A DNA stretch of 64,000 bases, from contig CAKRQL010000001.1 in NCBI GenBank assembly GCA_934393265.1, forward strand, positions 916-64,915, in the 5' to 3' direction. Positions 46,404 through 57,060 of this stretch are shown here, piece after piece. The notes beneath the pieces are model-generated. The model had not been told where the DNA came from. It saw nothing but the letters and a program-made list of their open reading frames with translations, and ran no database searches. Position 1 is the first letter of the stretch; the number at the start of each line of letters is the position of its first letter. A program made the translations under genes and the position numbers. The DNA is from an uncultured Eubacteriales bacterium (GTDB lineage: Bacteria; Bacillota; Clostridia; Oscillospirales; CAG-272).

Positions 46404-49400
46404 TTATCTGTACTGCTCCGCTTTTCCGCCGGCAAGAGTTATCATCTTGACAGCCTGAATGGAATATTTATCAGCCTCTATGGTCAGTGCCTTTGTCATC
46501 ACGCCTCCGGCAAGAACCTTTATTCTGCCTGCGTTCTTCGGGATGAGGCGCTTTTCCTTCAGCGACTCGAGAGTTACAAGCTCGCCGTCGTCATAATTAT
46601 CGCAGATCGTGCCGATGTTTATCTCGACAAGCTTACCGCTTCTTATTTCGATGGGGGCTATCTTCTCAAGGCTCTGCTCCGCCTCCTCGTCGGAGAGCCG
46701 TATATCAGCCTCCTCGGAGCTTATGAACACATGCGCGGGCTCCTCGGCTACGGGGTCTTCAACCTGTGCGGGCTCCTCGACTACGGGCTCTTCAGCCTGT
46801 GCGGGCTCCTCGACTACGGGTTCTTCGACCTGCGCGGGCTCCTCGGCTACGGGCTCTTCAGCCTGTGCGGGCTCCTCGGCTACGGGCTCTTCAGCCTGTG
46901 CGGGCTCCTCGGTCTTCTTCTCGTTGTCATCTGTCTCATGCGAGCCTATGAAGTCGCCGACATCGACCTTAATGATGCTCTCGTCTCCGTCGAGCTTTAC
47001 ACCCGCGGGAAGTATGAGCTTCACAAGCTTCTTTGCAACGAGCTGTTCATTCGTCTCGTACGGCATGTGGTAATCGACATTCGCGGGCTTGCCGAGCGGG
47101 AGCTCAAGCTTGCGCATAAGCTCCTCTATGAGTTCAAGCGCGTACTTCAACGAGCGGTTGGAGCGCACCTTGATCATCATAGGAGTTACATCAAACTTCG
47201 GCTTTCCGGAAACATCGGTGAAGTGATACTTGTTGACATTGTAATCCTTCGGGTCAAGTGCAAGATAAAGCATGAGAGCCTTACCCTTTGCGTTTATTCT
47301 CGCTATCGGGTCGCGCGACTTATTGAAGGACTCAATGTTCCAGCTCATTCTCGCCTTGATGCCCTTATAGGAGAGCAGCGTGTTCTTGATTACGGTGTAG
47401 TAATCCTGAAGCGAGCTGTCGCCCTGAATGAGTCTCGACATGAAGGAGCTGCGGTATCTTACAGGGACTAACTCACCGTTTATAAGTCTGTGGTCAGCGT
47501 CCACAAACGCGCCCGGCGCGTCCTCTCCGACGATTATCTTCGATTTACCCTTAGGCTCGGTCGCCTCTGCCACGGGTTCATCAACCTGTGCGGGCGTCTC
47601 CTCGACTATGGGCTCATCTATCTGTACTGCGGGTTCCCCGGCAGTCTGCGGCTCGCCGAACGTATCAGCGGGATTGAAGGGCTCGGTTCCGCTCACTCTC
47701 ACAAGGTCGCGGGCTATAAGCTCCTCTCTCGTCTCATACGGCAGGCTGAACACCTCGGATACCGTCGGCTCTGCATTTGTTACTGCACCCTTGCGCTCAA
47801 GCATGAGGACAAGAAGCTCCTTCGCATACTTCGCCTTTCTCTGAGAGGTAAGGCGGAGCATCATCGGCGTCGCGGCGTACTTCTTTATGCCGGACAGATC
47901 CTCGCCGCGGTACTTTGTTTCCGCAAATTCGTTCGGGTCAAGAGCAAAGGTCATGCAGAGTCTCTTTCCGCGGAAGAACAGATACGAAAGTGCATCTCTT
48001 CCGGTATTGACACGCACATGCTTCCAGCTCTCGCGTCTCTTGACATTCTTGTAGCTGTCAATGAGGTCGCAGATCTCGCCGAACCAGCTCTGTGTCTCCG
48101 CGCTCGACTGAATGAGCTTTGCACGGAAGCTGTAATTGTAGCGGATGCGCATTGCCTTACCGTCTATGTAAGTGACGACAACATCCTGCTCCTCTTCCTC
48201 GGTCACAGGGGGCTCTGCCTCCTCGGTCTCGGGCTCCTCTTCGTCAGATGCGGGAGCGATTACAGCGAGCTGCTCGGGCTCCTCCGCAGGTGCGGGAGCT
48301 TCCTCAACCTCGGGTTCTGCTTCGGTTTCGGGTTCAACCTCGGGCTCGGGCTCCTCTGCAGGTGCGGGAGCTTCCTCAACCTCGGGCTCAGGCTCTACCT
48401 CGGTTTCGGGTTCAACCACGGGCTCGGGCTCTGCCTCGGTTTCGGGCTCAACCTCGGGCTCGGTTATCTCCTCTGCCTCCGGAGCTGTCTCGGGCTCGGG
48501 CTCCGGCTCGTTCTCCGCCTGCTCTTCCTTCGGCTCCTCGGGCTCGGGCTTATTGTTGTGCTTGATAACAAGAAGTATTATCGCTATTATCAGAAGCACT
48601 GCCACTATGATAAGCGGGATTATCCACCACGGGAATCCGGCGGTCTCGGGCACAACCTCCGTCACCTCAACTATCGCATATATCGAGAAGTGCGGCGTTT
48701 CAAAGACCATGTAATTTCCGTCGCGGGTCGCGTCCATATCCGTGACATTTCCGTCATCGGATATATGAATAACCTTGAGATTCTTATCGCGGAGGTTTGC
48801 GGGGATAAGCAGGCGAACGCCGTAATTGCCGCTCGGAAGCGTCTGCATCGCTCCTCCGAAGGAGAAGTAAATGTCATACGCCGCCGCAACACGACCGGTA
48901 TATCCGTCCGGGAACTTTATTCCCGAGAGGTCGGCATTGGAATAATCGGAGGTCTTATCTACCGTATCAAGAACGAAGTTTTCGTTGATATCACTGTCGG
49001 ATATAACGGTGACAAGCTCGTTTCTGAATTCCTTTTTCGTCCCGAACGGGAGTATCGTCAGGGTAGCCGTCATGTCCGGGATAGGAGCGTGTTCATCATC
49101 TCCGGTGAACTTCGCCGTAAAGACGTAGCTGCCGGGAAGCATTCCCGCCTCGCCTGTTATCTCCACGGTAACACCGTCCGGAAGAGTTCCGGTTATCTTC
49201 AGATAATGCGGAAGTCCGTCATACGCAATAACGAGGTCCTCGAACTTCACACCGCTCATATCATAAGCGGGCTTGCCCTCTATGCGCCAGCTAAGATCTG
49301 CCGGGAGATTCTCGAGCTCGTAGTTCTTGCTGTCGTATCCGGTAAAGGTAACGCTTGCGGTATATTCGCCGGAGGCGGTCGCGCTGTTGCCGGTGTACTC

Positions 49401-52400
49401 TGCCACAAGACCGTATCCGTCCGGAATATTCTCAAGGGTTACGGTATGCGCCTTTCCGTCATAGTCAAACGGATTGGTGTAGCTCCACGTAACGCCGGAG
49501 AGGTCGATCTTCGCCTTTGCTATCGTCCATGTCAGAGTAGTCTGAATATTATCTGAGAGGGTGTAATTCTGAGAGTCGTACGCAAGTATTGCCGTTGCAC
49601 TGTACGGACCCGCGTCGGTTGCGGTATTATCCCGGTAGGTAGCGGTGACGCCGTCGGGAAAGTTAATGAGCTCAACGGTATGTACGCTTCCGTCATAGGT
49701 GAAGGGGTTGGTGTAGCTCCACTTCACATCCGACATATCAATCTGAGCCTTGTTTATCGTCCACGACAGGTCAGCTACGTTATTGTTCGCAAGCTCATAG
49801 TTGTCAGCGTCGTAGGCGAAAACTGCCTTTGCGGTATAGGTCCCTGCATTTGTTCCCTTATCCCCGGTGATTGTCGCTGTGACAAGCTCCGGAAGATTTT
49901 CAAGAGTTACGGTATGCTCGGTTCCATTATAAGTGAAGGGATTTGTGTAGCTCCACTTCACACCCGACATATCAATCTGAGCCTTGTTTATCGTCCACGA
50001 CAGGTCGACAATGTTGTTGTTCGCAAGCTCATAGTTGTCAGCGTCGTAGGTGAAAACTGCCTTTGCGGTATAGGTCCCTGCATTTGTTCCCTTGTCTCCG
50101 GTGAATGTCGCTGTGACAAGCTCCGGAAGATTTTCAAGGGTTACGGTATGCTCGGTTCCATTATAAGTAAAGGGATTTGTGTAGCTCCACTTCACATCCG
50201 ACATATCAATCTGAGCCTTGTTTATCGTCCACGACAGGTCGTCGACGGTATTCGTCAGCTCGTAGTTATCAGCGTCGTAGGTGAAAACTGCCTTTGCGGT
50301 ATAGGTCCCTGCATTCGTTCCCTTATCCCCAGTGATTGTCGCTGTGACAAGCTCCGGAAGATTTTCAAGGGTTACGGTATGCTCGGTTCCGTCATAGGTA
50401 AAGGGATTTGTGTAGCTCCACTTCACCGCAGACATGTCTATACTGCCCTTCCCTATCCCGACGATTATCTCGCGGGAGGTCACAGCACTTACACCCGAGA
50501 CGGAGGTGAGAGATACCTCGCAGGTGTAGACACCGCTGTCCGCGACGGTCGTAAGATCAAGATAAGATTTTGTTGCGCCGTCGATGAGTATGCCGTCCTT
50601 ATACCATTTGTAGGCAAAATGCGGGTCCTGCACTGCGACAGAAGCCCTCACAAATATACGGTGAGACGTGCCGTCGTACTTTACATTGACGTCACCGCTG
50701 TCGGTGAGCTCAATGCCGAGGAGAACGGGAGTAAGAGCCACATCCGCATCCGGCATCTCGGTAACGGAATTTCCGTCAGCGTCAACCCATCCGAGAACGG
50801 TGAGTCCCTCTATCCCCGGAGCGAAGAGCCCTATATCGGCACCCGCAGGAAGAACGCCTTGACGGATAGTCCTGCCGTTATACACATACTCAACCTTGTT
50901 TACCCTCGGAGCCTCTACCGTCACATCAACGGCAAGGTTTATTTCGGTCTCACGGAAGAAGGAGGCGATGAGCGCCGCCTTCGACGCGCTTATCGGCTCG
51001 AGGAGCTTCTCGACATTTACGGTGAAGCTTCCCTTTGCGGAGAACACGCCGCTGCCCTTATAGAAGTCCATAACGGTTACCGTGCGGTACTTCTCGGGAA
51101 GCATCTCAAAGTAGGTCTCAAACATGCGGCAAAGCTTATTGTAGTAACGCTCGTATTCCGCAACCTTTGCAACTATCTGCTCGTTTGTAAGGTTGTCAAA
51201 ATCAATTCTTCCGGCGAAGAGCTTCTTGCACTCCTCTATGTACTTGTTCCCGCTCTGGAGCGCGCCCTCAAAGTCCACCTTACGGAGGAGCTCAAGGACA
51301 TCGTCAAACGTCAGAGTCTCGTAGAACGCATACATCTCGTCGCCGTCCTTTGTAAGAGCGGCAAAGAGCTTGTTCTTCAGATTGTCGGAGAGTTTCGTCG
51401 TGTCGCATGCACGGAGAAGAAGCTCCGAGAGCTTCATGGGCATATTCACGCCTATGACATACGCACCGTCGCTGCCACGGGAGACGGAGAGATGATCGGC
51501 TATCAGCTTCATTCCCTCTCTTATTCTCGTGCAGTCTCCGTCAAACCCGATTGTAAAGGAGAGGTTGCGCACACCAAACAGAGTGTCAAGCGAGATCTGC
51601 CATGTCAGGTTCATCTCGCTGTCCGACATAACCGCAATCTCAGAGGGTTTCGGAAGGTTGGAAATGAGGGTCTTCAGCGAGGATATATTGAAGTATCCCT
51701 GCGAATAGACGTCAAGCCCGTCAACACTCAGGGCATTTACGGCTGTGATAAGGTTACGGAGAGTGTAGACGGTCTTGTCAACCGCACCTTCGGCACCTGC
51801 GGAGTCGCTCTCCGCCTTTTTAACGGCGTCGGTGACCTTTGTCACAAGTGCTTCCTTCTCCTCTTCCGTGCCCTCTATGAGGTCGGAGGCATAGACCTTA
51901 TCCCAATTTATCGCGAGGAGCTCCTCGTATGTGAAGCCTGTCTCGGCGAGAAGGGGCATTAAGGTGTTCACATCAACATCGTTTACCGATCTGATGTTGT
52001 ACTTCGACAGTATACCGCGTATCCAGTCGGTATTCGTTATCTCACTGTCGGGTACGTCGGAGGTCGTCGTCCCCGCGGGATACTTATCGGTATTCTCGCG
52101 GATTATCGTTTCCTTGACCTCCTCCTTGACAGACGCCTTGAGCTCTTCCTTGTCTCCGACCACTATCTTCGTGAGCACCGAAGTTATATGGTCCTTGAGA
52201 ACCGAAATGTCACTGCGCGTCAGGTCAAAATAGGATTTCACGCTCGGATTGAGCGTGACGGTGAGTCTGCCCTCGGTATAGTCGATGGTATACCACTTCG
52301 TCTCGTCGTGTTCATCCTGCGATGTATCACCGGGCGCGGCGAACGACACAGCGGCGAAAGACGCGAAAACCATCAGAGCCATGAGCAGAGCCAGCACCGT

Positions 52401-52427
52401 TGCTTTGAGCTTTGTGAGTTTTTTCAT
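46404..52427 (-). CDS. Giant (2007 aa) single-pass envelope protein: signal peptide, repeat-rich ectodomain, TM helix, long cytoplasmic tail ending in a uL15-like domain
   Basis: Signal peptide [30 protein letters not shown]. Six tandem MBG-like domains of about 77 aa (..YDG..HTVT...G.NAGTY...). TM helix [24 protein letters not shown] (nt ~48564-48635). The tail holds E/P-rich spacers, two paralogous ~150-aa modules and a C-terminal uL15-like segment. Confidence 0.85.
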   Translation of the reverse strand: MKKLTKLKATVLALLMALMVFASFAAVSFAAPGDTSQDEHDETKWYTIDYTEGRLTVTLNPSVKSYFDLTRSDISVLKDHITSVLTKIVVGDKEELKASVKEEVKETIIRENTDKYPAGTTTSDVPDSEITNTDWIRGILSKYNIRSVNDVDVNTLMPLLAETGFTYEELLAINWDKVYASDLIEGTEEEKEALVTKVTDAVKKAESDSAGAEGAVDKTVYTLRNLITAVNALSVDGLDVYSQGYFNISSLKTLISNLPKPSEIAVMSDSEMNLTWQISLDTLFGVRNLSFTIGFDGDCTRIREGMKLIADHLSVSRGSDGAYVIGVNMPMKLSELLLRACDTTKLSDNLKNKLFAALTKDGDEMYAFYETLTFDDVLELLRKVDFEGALQSGNKYIEECKKLFAGRIDFDNLTNEQIVAKVAEYERYYNKLCRMFETYFEMLPEKYRTVTVMDFYKGSGVFSAKGSFTVNVEKLLEPISASKAALIASFFRETEINLAVDVTVEAPRVNKVEYVYNGRTIRQGVLPAGADIGLFAPGIEGLTVLGWVDADGNSVTEMPDADVALTPVLLGIELTDSGDVNVKYDGTSHRIFVRASVAVQDPHFAYKWYKDGILIDGATKSYLDLTTVADSGVYTCEVSLTSVSGVSAVTSREIIVGIGKGSIDMSAVKWSYTNPFTYDGTEHTVTLENLPELVTATITGDKGTNAGTYTAKAVFTYDADNYELTNTVDDLSWTINKAQIDMSDVKWSYTNPFTYNGTEHTVTLENLPELVTATFTGDKGTNAGTYTAKAVFTYDADNYELANNNIVDLSWTINKAQIDMSGVKWSYTNPFTYNGTEHTVTLENLPELVTATITGDKGTNAGTYTAKAVFAYDADNYELANNNVADLSWTINKAQIDMSDVKWSYTNPFTYDGSVHTVELINFPDGVTATYRDNTATDAGPYSATAILAYDSQNYTLSDNIQTTLTWTIAKAKIDLSGVTWSYTNPFDYDGKAHTVTLENIPDGYGLVAEYTGNSATASGEYTASVTFTGYDSKNYELENLPADLSWRIEGKPAYDMSGVKFEDLVIAYDGLPHYLKITGTLPDGVTVEITGEAGMLPGSYVFTAKFTGDDEHAPIPDMTATLTILPFGTKKEFRNELVTVISDSDINENFVLDTVDKTSDYSNADLSGIKFPDGYTGRVAAAYDIYFSFGGAMQTLPSGNYGVRLLIPANLRDKNLKVIHISDDGNVTDMDATRDGNYMVFETPHFSIYAIVEVTEVVPETAGFPWWIIPLIIVAVLLIIAIILLVIKHNNKPEPEEPKEEQAENEPEPEPETAPEAEEITEPEVEPETEAEPEPVVEPETEVEPEPEVEEAPAPAEEPEPEVEPETEAEPEVEEAPAPAEEPEQLAVIAPASDEEEPETEEAEPPVTEEEEQDVVVTYIDGKAMRIRYNYSFRAKLIQSSAETQSWFGEICDLIDSYKNVKRRESWKHVRVNTGRDALSYLFFRGKRLCMTFALDPNEFAETKYRGEDLSGIKKYAATPMMLRLTSQRKAKYAKELLVLMLERKGAVTNAEPTVSEVFSLPYETREELIARDLVRVSGTEPFNPADTFGEPQTAGEPAVQIDEPIVEETPAQVDEPVAEATEPKGKSKIIVGEDAPGAFVDADHRLINGELVPVRYRSSFMSRLIQGDSSLQDYYTVIKNTLLSYKGIKARMSWNIESFNKSRDPIARINAKGKALMLYLALDPKDYNVNKYHFTDVSGKPKFDVTPMMIKVRSNRSLKYALELIEELMRKLELPLGKPANVDYHMPYETNEQLVAKKLVKLILPAGVKLDGDESIIKVDVGDFIGSHETDDNEKKTEEPAQAEEPVAEEPAQAEEPVAEEPAQVEEPVVEEPAQAEEPVVEEPAQVEDPVAEEPAHVFISSEEADIRLSDEEAEQSLEKIAPIEIRSGKLVEINIGTICDNYDDGELVTLESLKEKRLIPKNAGRIKVLAGGVMTKALTIEADKYSIQAVKMITLAGGKAEQYR
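46735..46912. repeat. 33-bp in-frame tandem repeat (5 full copies plus a partial), encoding [11 protein letters not shown] units
   Basis: GCGGGCTCCTCGGCTACGGGCTCTTCAGCCTGT-type units start at 46735, 46768, 46801, 46834 and 46867. Confidence 0.9.
49060..50441. repeat. In-frame tandem domain repeats of about 231-237 bp (six units; three nearly identical)
   Basis: The motif ..GTGTAGCTCCACTTCAC..GACATATCAATCTGAGCCTTGTTTATCGTCCACGACAGGTC recurs at about 49700, 49934 and 50168 (234-bp period). More diverged units flank them. Confidence 0.85.
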
Positions 52428-52502
52428 TACCTTACCTCTCTATAAAGTCATAATTTTACTCATCGCGCGGGGCTATGCGCCCGCACTATTATGCTGATTA
52501 TT

Positions 52503-52531
52503 ATTATAGCAGTGATTGTGTGCAAAATCAA
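52503..52531 (-). promoter_or_regulatory. Sigma-A promoter of the giant gene
   Basis: The minus strand reads TTGATT, 17 nt, TATAAT. Confidence 0.5.
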
Positions 52532-52540
52532 GGGGATAGA

Positions 52541-52601
52541 ATAAAAAAGACACGCCCCTGCCGCTTTTTTCGGTAATCCGTACAAAGCGGGGGCATGTCT
52601 T
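52541..52601 (-). terminator. Terminator after the 1080-aa gene
   Basis: AAGACACGCCCC..GGGGCATGTCTT (one mismatch). The minus-strand transcript continues with TTTTTTAT. Confidence 0.55.
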
Positions 52602-52632
52602 TTGTTGAAATGTGCTCAATATGGGGGTATTT

Positions 52633-55600
52633 TTAATCACGGGGTACCCCATTTTTCCTGTCGGAGGAAAGCTTTTTCCTCTTCCGCGCACCGAAAATCA
52701 ATATGGCGCCGGATGGTATCAGCCCGAAAATCGACACGCCCCCCACCGCAATGGCTGTAAGGAAGAGGCGTTTCAGCCTGTCGGAGAGCACTATTCCCGG
52801 CTCCGGCTCACGCTCTATGGGTATACCCGTGTACACGGCAGTGTAAATCATATCGCCGGTTACGGGGCGGACCTCCTCCGACCATCCGTCGAAAGTATAC
52901 GTGTATTCTCCGTCAGCTATCTTTTTCGGGTTCTCCGGCGCGGTCGGCATATCGCCGTAGCAGAGCACCTGTCGCTTCAGCACTCTGCCGTCGGACATGA
53001 ACACTATCATATACTCCTGCTTAACGGCGGTGGCTGCTATACTCACGGCGGACTCCGGCATTATAAACGAGCCACCGGTAAATACCGTCTCGCGCCCGTC
53101 GGGGCGTATTACGCTCATGTAAAGAAGCTTTATTCCGTCAGGTACCTGCACGGACACCGGCACAGGCTCACCGGGATAGGCGTATCGGAGGGCTACCGAA
53201 ATGCCGACGAGATCACCGGGTATCACATTCACCGGGTACTCCGCATTGAAGGAGTATTCCGCCCCGAAAGTCGCCTGAAATGACACACGCTCCCCGTCCT
53301 TTGAGAATTTCACATAGCTTCTGCCCCCATCGCCGTCCGGCACGGACAGGCGGAGCTCCGGAAGGTCGGTATCCTCCGGCACGGAGAGCGTGGCTTTCAG
53401 TGCAACGTCGCATACCCCGCCGTCAGCGTCAAGAACGGACAGCGCATAGCGTTTTCTTCCGGTCTGTGATGCCGATACCGATACACGGATGCGGGGTGTC
53501 CCCTCCTCTGCCACACGGCGCAACTCCGATGGGCGGAGCGTCAGCGTGCAGTCCCGGAGCTTCAGCACAAGCTGTCTTGTGCCGTCCCATATACGGAAAA
53601 ACCCCGAAAGATCGACCTCCCTGTCGCCCGTCTGTGTACAGTCAACGGTATACGATGCAGCGTCCTCTGCTATTTCCGCCCCTCCGCTGCTGAGCGGTAT
53701 GAGATAGCCTACCGAGAAAACGGCGGTATATTCGCGCGCTCCCGTGACGGGCTCCGGCTCCGGAGCAAAGCCCGTGAAGGTATAGCAGTAGCTCCCCTCA
53801 GGCGCCTTTTCCGGCGGCACGGGGCAGGTCGGCATATCGCCCCATTTCACCGACACGACAGTTCTCTTTCCGTCTGCCGTCCAGCCTATATCGTAGTAAT
53901 TATATTCAATGTCAAACTCCGGGTAAAGCTTCATATCCTGCCACACCGCTGAGAGGTCTGCCGGATTTCCGTCCTCGTCCACCCAACGGGAGAAGGTATA
54001 GCTCCCCCGCGCGTCATCCGCCTTTTTCGGCAGGTCACCGGAGAAACCGGCGTAGGTCCCGCTGTCAAGCGTGGTTCTGTATATCTCGGTGCCGTCATGT
54101 GAGAAGAAGCGGACGGTCACCTCTTTTGCGCCGAATACCGATTTTGTAAGCGAGGTTACGGCGGTATAATGCGCGTCTGCCGCAAGCTCCTCACGCGGGG
54201 ATATTTCCCCGCTTTTGCGTGCGGAAACAAGCGAGGTTACGACGGTGTCGGGTACATACGGCTCCGGCGGGTCGCCGGGGTCGGAGACAAAGGGCGGCTC
54301 TTCCGGTTCCTTCACCGCTTCTGGCTCCTCCGGCTTCTCCACCGGCTCAGGTGCAATAGGTTCGTTTACCGGGGGCGGCGCCGTCGGCTTCTCCACCGTT
54401 TCGGGCTTTGTCGGCTCTCCCACCGGGGTGGGATATCCGTCGGAGAGCGGAGCGGCACTGCTGTTATCCGTATAATAGCTCTTGTTTTCAAGAATTTCTC
54501 TTACGCTGACACTGTCAACCGTCCAGGACATGTTATATACTCTCGCGCCGGAGGAGTCTCTGACCTCGCCGTCCGACAGAGCGTTTACGGTAAGAATAAG
54601 CTGTGCAAGAAGTATCCGGTATTTTCTGTCCTTGCCGTCGCTTATTATGCTCCCTCGGATTTTCCCGGAATAGAGCGTGTCAAGTGAGCGAAGGAGCTTC
54701 GTAAAGTTTGCGCGTAAAAGGTCATAGTTCGTCGTATAGAAATGATACTTCTGTTCCTCGTTGGTTATCGAGCGGTACTCTGTCATGAGCTCGCGCAATA
54801 TGGTCGTGGACTCTCCCGCCGCGTCTATTACCGCGGGGTCGGCGTAGAAAGGAGCGGCAGTGAACGCGGATTTGTTTTCAATAACGCTGTCTACCGTGCT
54901 CCCCATTACTGCGTCGTAGAGTGTTCTCCCATCGGTCATCGGGAGGTACACAAGCTCAAAGCCCGCGAGCTGGTGACGCGCCGTCTCAAGCGCCGAGAGA
55001 TAGTTGTTGTACTTTGTCAGTGCCGACTCGTAGGTTTTCATCTCCGAGAGATAAGCGAGATACACAGAATAATCGGTATTATATTTTTCAAGTGCCGAAA
55101 GGTACTCGCGGTACCTTATCATATCGGCGGAGTACTCCTCCATGTCCGAAAGATAAGCGTTATAATCCGCAAGGCTCTCGTCATACTCCGCTTTCGCCGC
55201 AAGGTAGGCAGAATATATCTCATATTCGGCAAGATAACGCGAGCGTGCGTCAAGGTAATTCTCATATTCCGAGAGTGCGGAACGGTACTCTGCCTCGCGC
55301 ACGCGATACTCCTCCTCGCGGCGGGCTATCTCGCTCTCCCACTCTGCGGCATCGTTGTAAGCGAGGTTAAGAAGCCGATTCGCAACGCTCCTCGGTATTG
55401 TCAGTGTCGTTCTGTACCCCGCCGTAACGGTAAGCTCCGGCGACTCGGAAACGTTTTCAAAGGTCGCCGTATATCCGCCCTCGCTCTCCTTTGCCGCGAC
55501 GGTCTCCCCCGAGAGGGTGAAGCTGTCCGGCGTCCATACAACAGTCACACCGTCCGATGAGACATACTCATATCTTTCGGCGTACACGGTAAGGGTCTTA

Positions 55601-55875
55601 TCCTCCTCGTGATAATACACGCTTACGTACCTTGTCGAAATGCGGTCGTCGTATCGGAGTACGGTATCACAGTAACGCTCGAGATAGACCCGCTCGGTAT
55701 CAGTCACGGTAAATCCCATAACCCGTGTGAGTATATCCGCCGCAGTAAGAGTCACATTTCCTGTCTGACCCGGAACGGAATAATCAAGCCCGGCGGAAGC
55801 GATTGGCGATAAAAAAACGAAAAAAACGGAGCAAAGCACGAGAAACAGCGCAACGCAGATTGTGTTCTTCTTCAT
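52633..55875 (-). CDS. Large type I membrane-anchored surface protein with Tyr-periodic helical repeats and Listeria-Bacteroides (Flg_new/InlB B-repeat-like) domains
   Basis: Signal peptide MKKNTICVALFLVLCSVFFVFLSPIASA after a GGAGGGG RBS. Proline-rich spacer. YTFSRW/YTFTGF/YTFDGW beta-repeat signatures. C-terminal TM helix plus RKRKK stop-transfer. No LPXTG motif. Confidence 0.85.
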   Translation of the reverse strand: MKKNTICVALFLVLCSVFFVFLSPIASAGLDYSVPGQTGNVTLTAADILTRVMGFTVTDTERVYLERYCDTVLRYDDRISTRYVSVYYHEEDKTLTVYAERYEYVSSDGVTVVWTPDSFTLSGETVAAKESEGGYTATFENVSESPELTVTAGYRTTLTIPRSVANRLLNLAYNDAAEWESEIARREEEYRVREAEYRSALSEYENYLDARSRYLAEYEIYSAYLAAKAEYDESLADYNAYLSDMEEYSADMIRYREYLSALEKYNTDYSVYLAYLSEMKTYESALTKYNNYLSALETARHQLAGFELVYLPMTDGRTLYDAVMGSTVDSVIENKSAFTAAPFYADPAVIDAAGESTTILRELMTEYRSITNEEQKYHFYTTNYDLLRANFTKLLRSLDTLYSGKIRGSIISDGKDRKYRILLAQLILTVNALSDGEVRDSSGARVYNMSWTVDSVSVREILENKSYYTDNSSAAPLSDGYPTPVGEPTKPETVEKPTAPPPVNEPIAPEPVEKPEEPEAVKEPEEPPFVSDPGDPPEPYVPDTVVTSLVSARKSGEISPREELAADAHYTAVTSLTKSVFGAKEVTVRFFSHDGTEIYRTTLDSGTYAGFSGDLPKKADDARGSYTFSRWVDEDGNPADLSAVWQDMKLYPEFDIEYNYYDIGWTADGKRTVVSVKWGDMPTCPVPPEKAPEGSYCYTFTGFAPEPEPVTGAREYTAVFSVGYLIPLSSGGAEIAEDAASYTVDCTQTGDREVDLSGFFRIWDGTRQLVLKLRDCTLTLRPSELRRVAEEGTPRIRVSVSASQTGRKRYALSVLDADGGVCDVALKATLSVPEDTDLPELRLSVPDGDGGRSYVKFSKDGERVSFQATFGAEYSFNAEYPVNVIPGDLVGISVALRYAYPGEPVPVSVQVPDGIKLLYMSVIRPDGRETVFTGGSFIMPESAVSIAATAVKQEYMIVFMSDGRVLKRQVLCYGDMPTAPENPKKIADGEYTYTFDGWSEEVRPVTGDMIYTAVYTGIPIEREPEPGIVLSDRLKRLFLTAIAVGGVSIFGLIPSGAILIFGARKRKKLSSDRKNGVPRD
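54985..55308. repeat. 51-bp (17-aa) in-frame periodic repeat, about 6 units, Tyr at positions 1, 8 and 15
   Basis: YRVREAEYRSALSEYEN / YLDARSRYLAEYEIYSA / YLAAKAEYDESLADYNA / YLSDMEEYSADMIRYRE / YLSALEKYNTDYSVYLA / YLSEMKTYESALTKYNN / YLSALE. Confidence 0.8.
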
Positions 55876-56011
55876 ATTCCCCTCCGTTTTTCTTATTTTA
55901 GAGTATTTTATCACAGAATGTATAACGAAGTCAAGGGCGCGAAGACGGCAATTGTAAACAATAATGTAAATTTATTAAGGAAGAAAATCGCCCTGCCCCG
56001 CCGCGGAACGG

Positions 56012-56040
56012 AAAAAGCGGGTGCCGCATTCGGCGCCCGC
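56012..56040 (-). terminator. Terminator after the yitT-like gene
   Basis: GCGGGTGCCG-CATT-CGGCGCCCGC. The minus-strand transcript continues with TTTTTCC. Confidence 0.55.
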
Positions 56041-56052
56041 TCTCACAGAGGA

Positions 56053-57060
56053 TTATCTTCTGAATTTACCGATTATTTCATTAACCGTTCCTATATAGGC
56101 AAAGGTGTTCGGATATTTGCTTATTATATTTTTGAATTTCACCACCTGCCGCGGCTGTATGACGCAGACAAGGAGGCATCTGTTCTTATGCTCGAACATT
56201 CCCTCTGCCGGGAGGACGGTTGCCGTATGCCCGAGCTCGGAGATTATCTCCTGCGAAATCTCCTCACCGTATTCGGTCACAACCTCAAACTTCATAGCCG
56301 ACTTTGCACCGCACATAATAGTATCGGATGTGTGAGTTGAGACGAACATGTAGATAAGGGCTAAGAATATCGGCATGAGATTATCGTTGTATACGAATAC
56401 CGAAACGCCGACTATCACAAGATTCACGATGAATATAAGCGTCGGCACGCTCTTGCCCGGGTTCTTCGTCTGGATGGCGGCGGCAATAATATCCGCGCCG
56501 CCGGTAGAGGAATTCACACCGAGGGCAAGGGAGAGGCTTATACCGTATGTGACGCCGCCGAAGAGTGCGCAGACGATACGTGTCCCTATATCCCCGGAGG
56601 GAACGGTGGAAGCATGGCAAATCGTGAATACATATTTCGGGTCTATGATGTTATCGACCAGAAATAGGGCTATCATCATGAGTGCCGACTCAACAAGCGT
56701 GCTTACGAGAAACTCTTTTGAGAGCCGCTTCATTGTAAAGAGTGCGAGCGGCACATTTATGAGCAGAAGCAGCACAGAGCTGAAATCAAACTGTCCGACG
56801 CTCGTATCAACATTCAGAAGGTGCTTCACCATAGCGATAATTCCGCCGACGCCGCCGGGGGCGAACTGTGCGGGCGCTATAAAATAGTGGAAGCCGACGG
56901 CATAAATTACCGCCGCGAGCAGGAGATAAACGCCGCACTTTATATGCTGTGCACGCGGGCTCCTCTGCCGGATTACGAATATTTCCCGCTCCGGTCTGTC
57001 CGGCGTCTCCTCGTGGTCGTGGTGCTCACTCTGTACATTCTGTATAAGTTCAGGTATCAT
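56053..57060 (-). CDS. YitT-family membrane protein (DUF2179 C-terminal domain)
   Basis: The FAPGGVGGIIAMV and GGADIIAAAI membrane core plus a C-terminal TVLPAEGMFEHKNRCLLVCVIQPRQVVKFKNII domain. The start is uncertain (57060 or 57156). Confidence 0.8.
   Translation of the reverse strand: MIPELIQNVQSEHHDHEETPDRPEREIFVIRQRSPRAQHIKCGVYLLLAAVIYAVGFHYFIAPAQFAPGGVGGIIAMVKHLLNVDTSVGQFDFSSVLLLLINVPLALFTMKRLSKEFLVSTLVESALMMIALFLVDNIIDPKYVFTICHASTVPSGDIGTRIVCALFGGVTYGISLSLALGVNSSTGGADIIAAAIQTKNPGKSVPTLIFIVNLVIVGVSVFVYNDNLMPIFLALIYMFVSTHTSDTIMCGAKSAMKFEVVTEYGEEISQEIISELGHTATVLPAEGMFEHKNRCLLVCVIQPRQVVKFKNIISKYPNTFAYIGTVNEIIGKFRR

Noticed and set aside
46735-46912. Regularly spaced short repeats that could be mistaken for a CRISPR array
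   Set aside because: The units are contiguous 33-bp tandem repeats with no spacers. They are in frame inside a long ORF and no cas genes are present.
47490-51962. Very long plus-strand ORFs (688 aa at 47490-49556 and 760 aa at 49680-51962) antisense to the giant minus-strand gene
   Set aside because: Their translations are low-complexity (Arg/Leu/Gly-rich) with no motifs. The minus-strand frame has a signal peptide, domain repeats, a TM helix and a recognisable uL15-like end. Long antisense ORFs are expected in GC-rich repetitive coding DNA.
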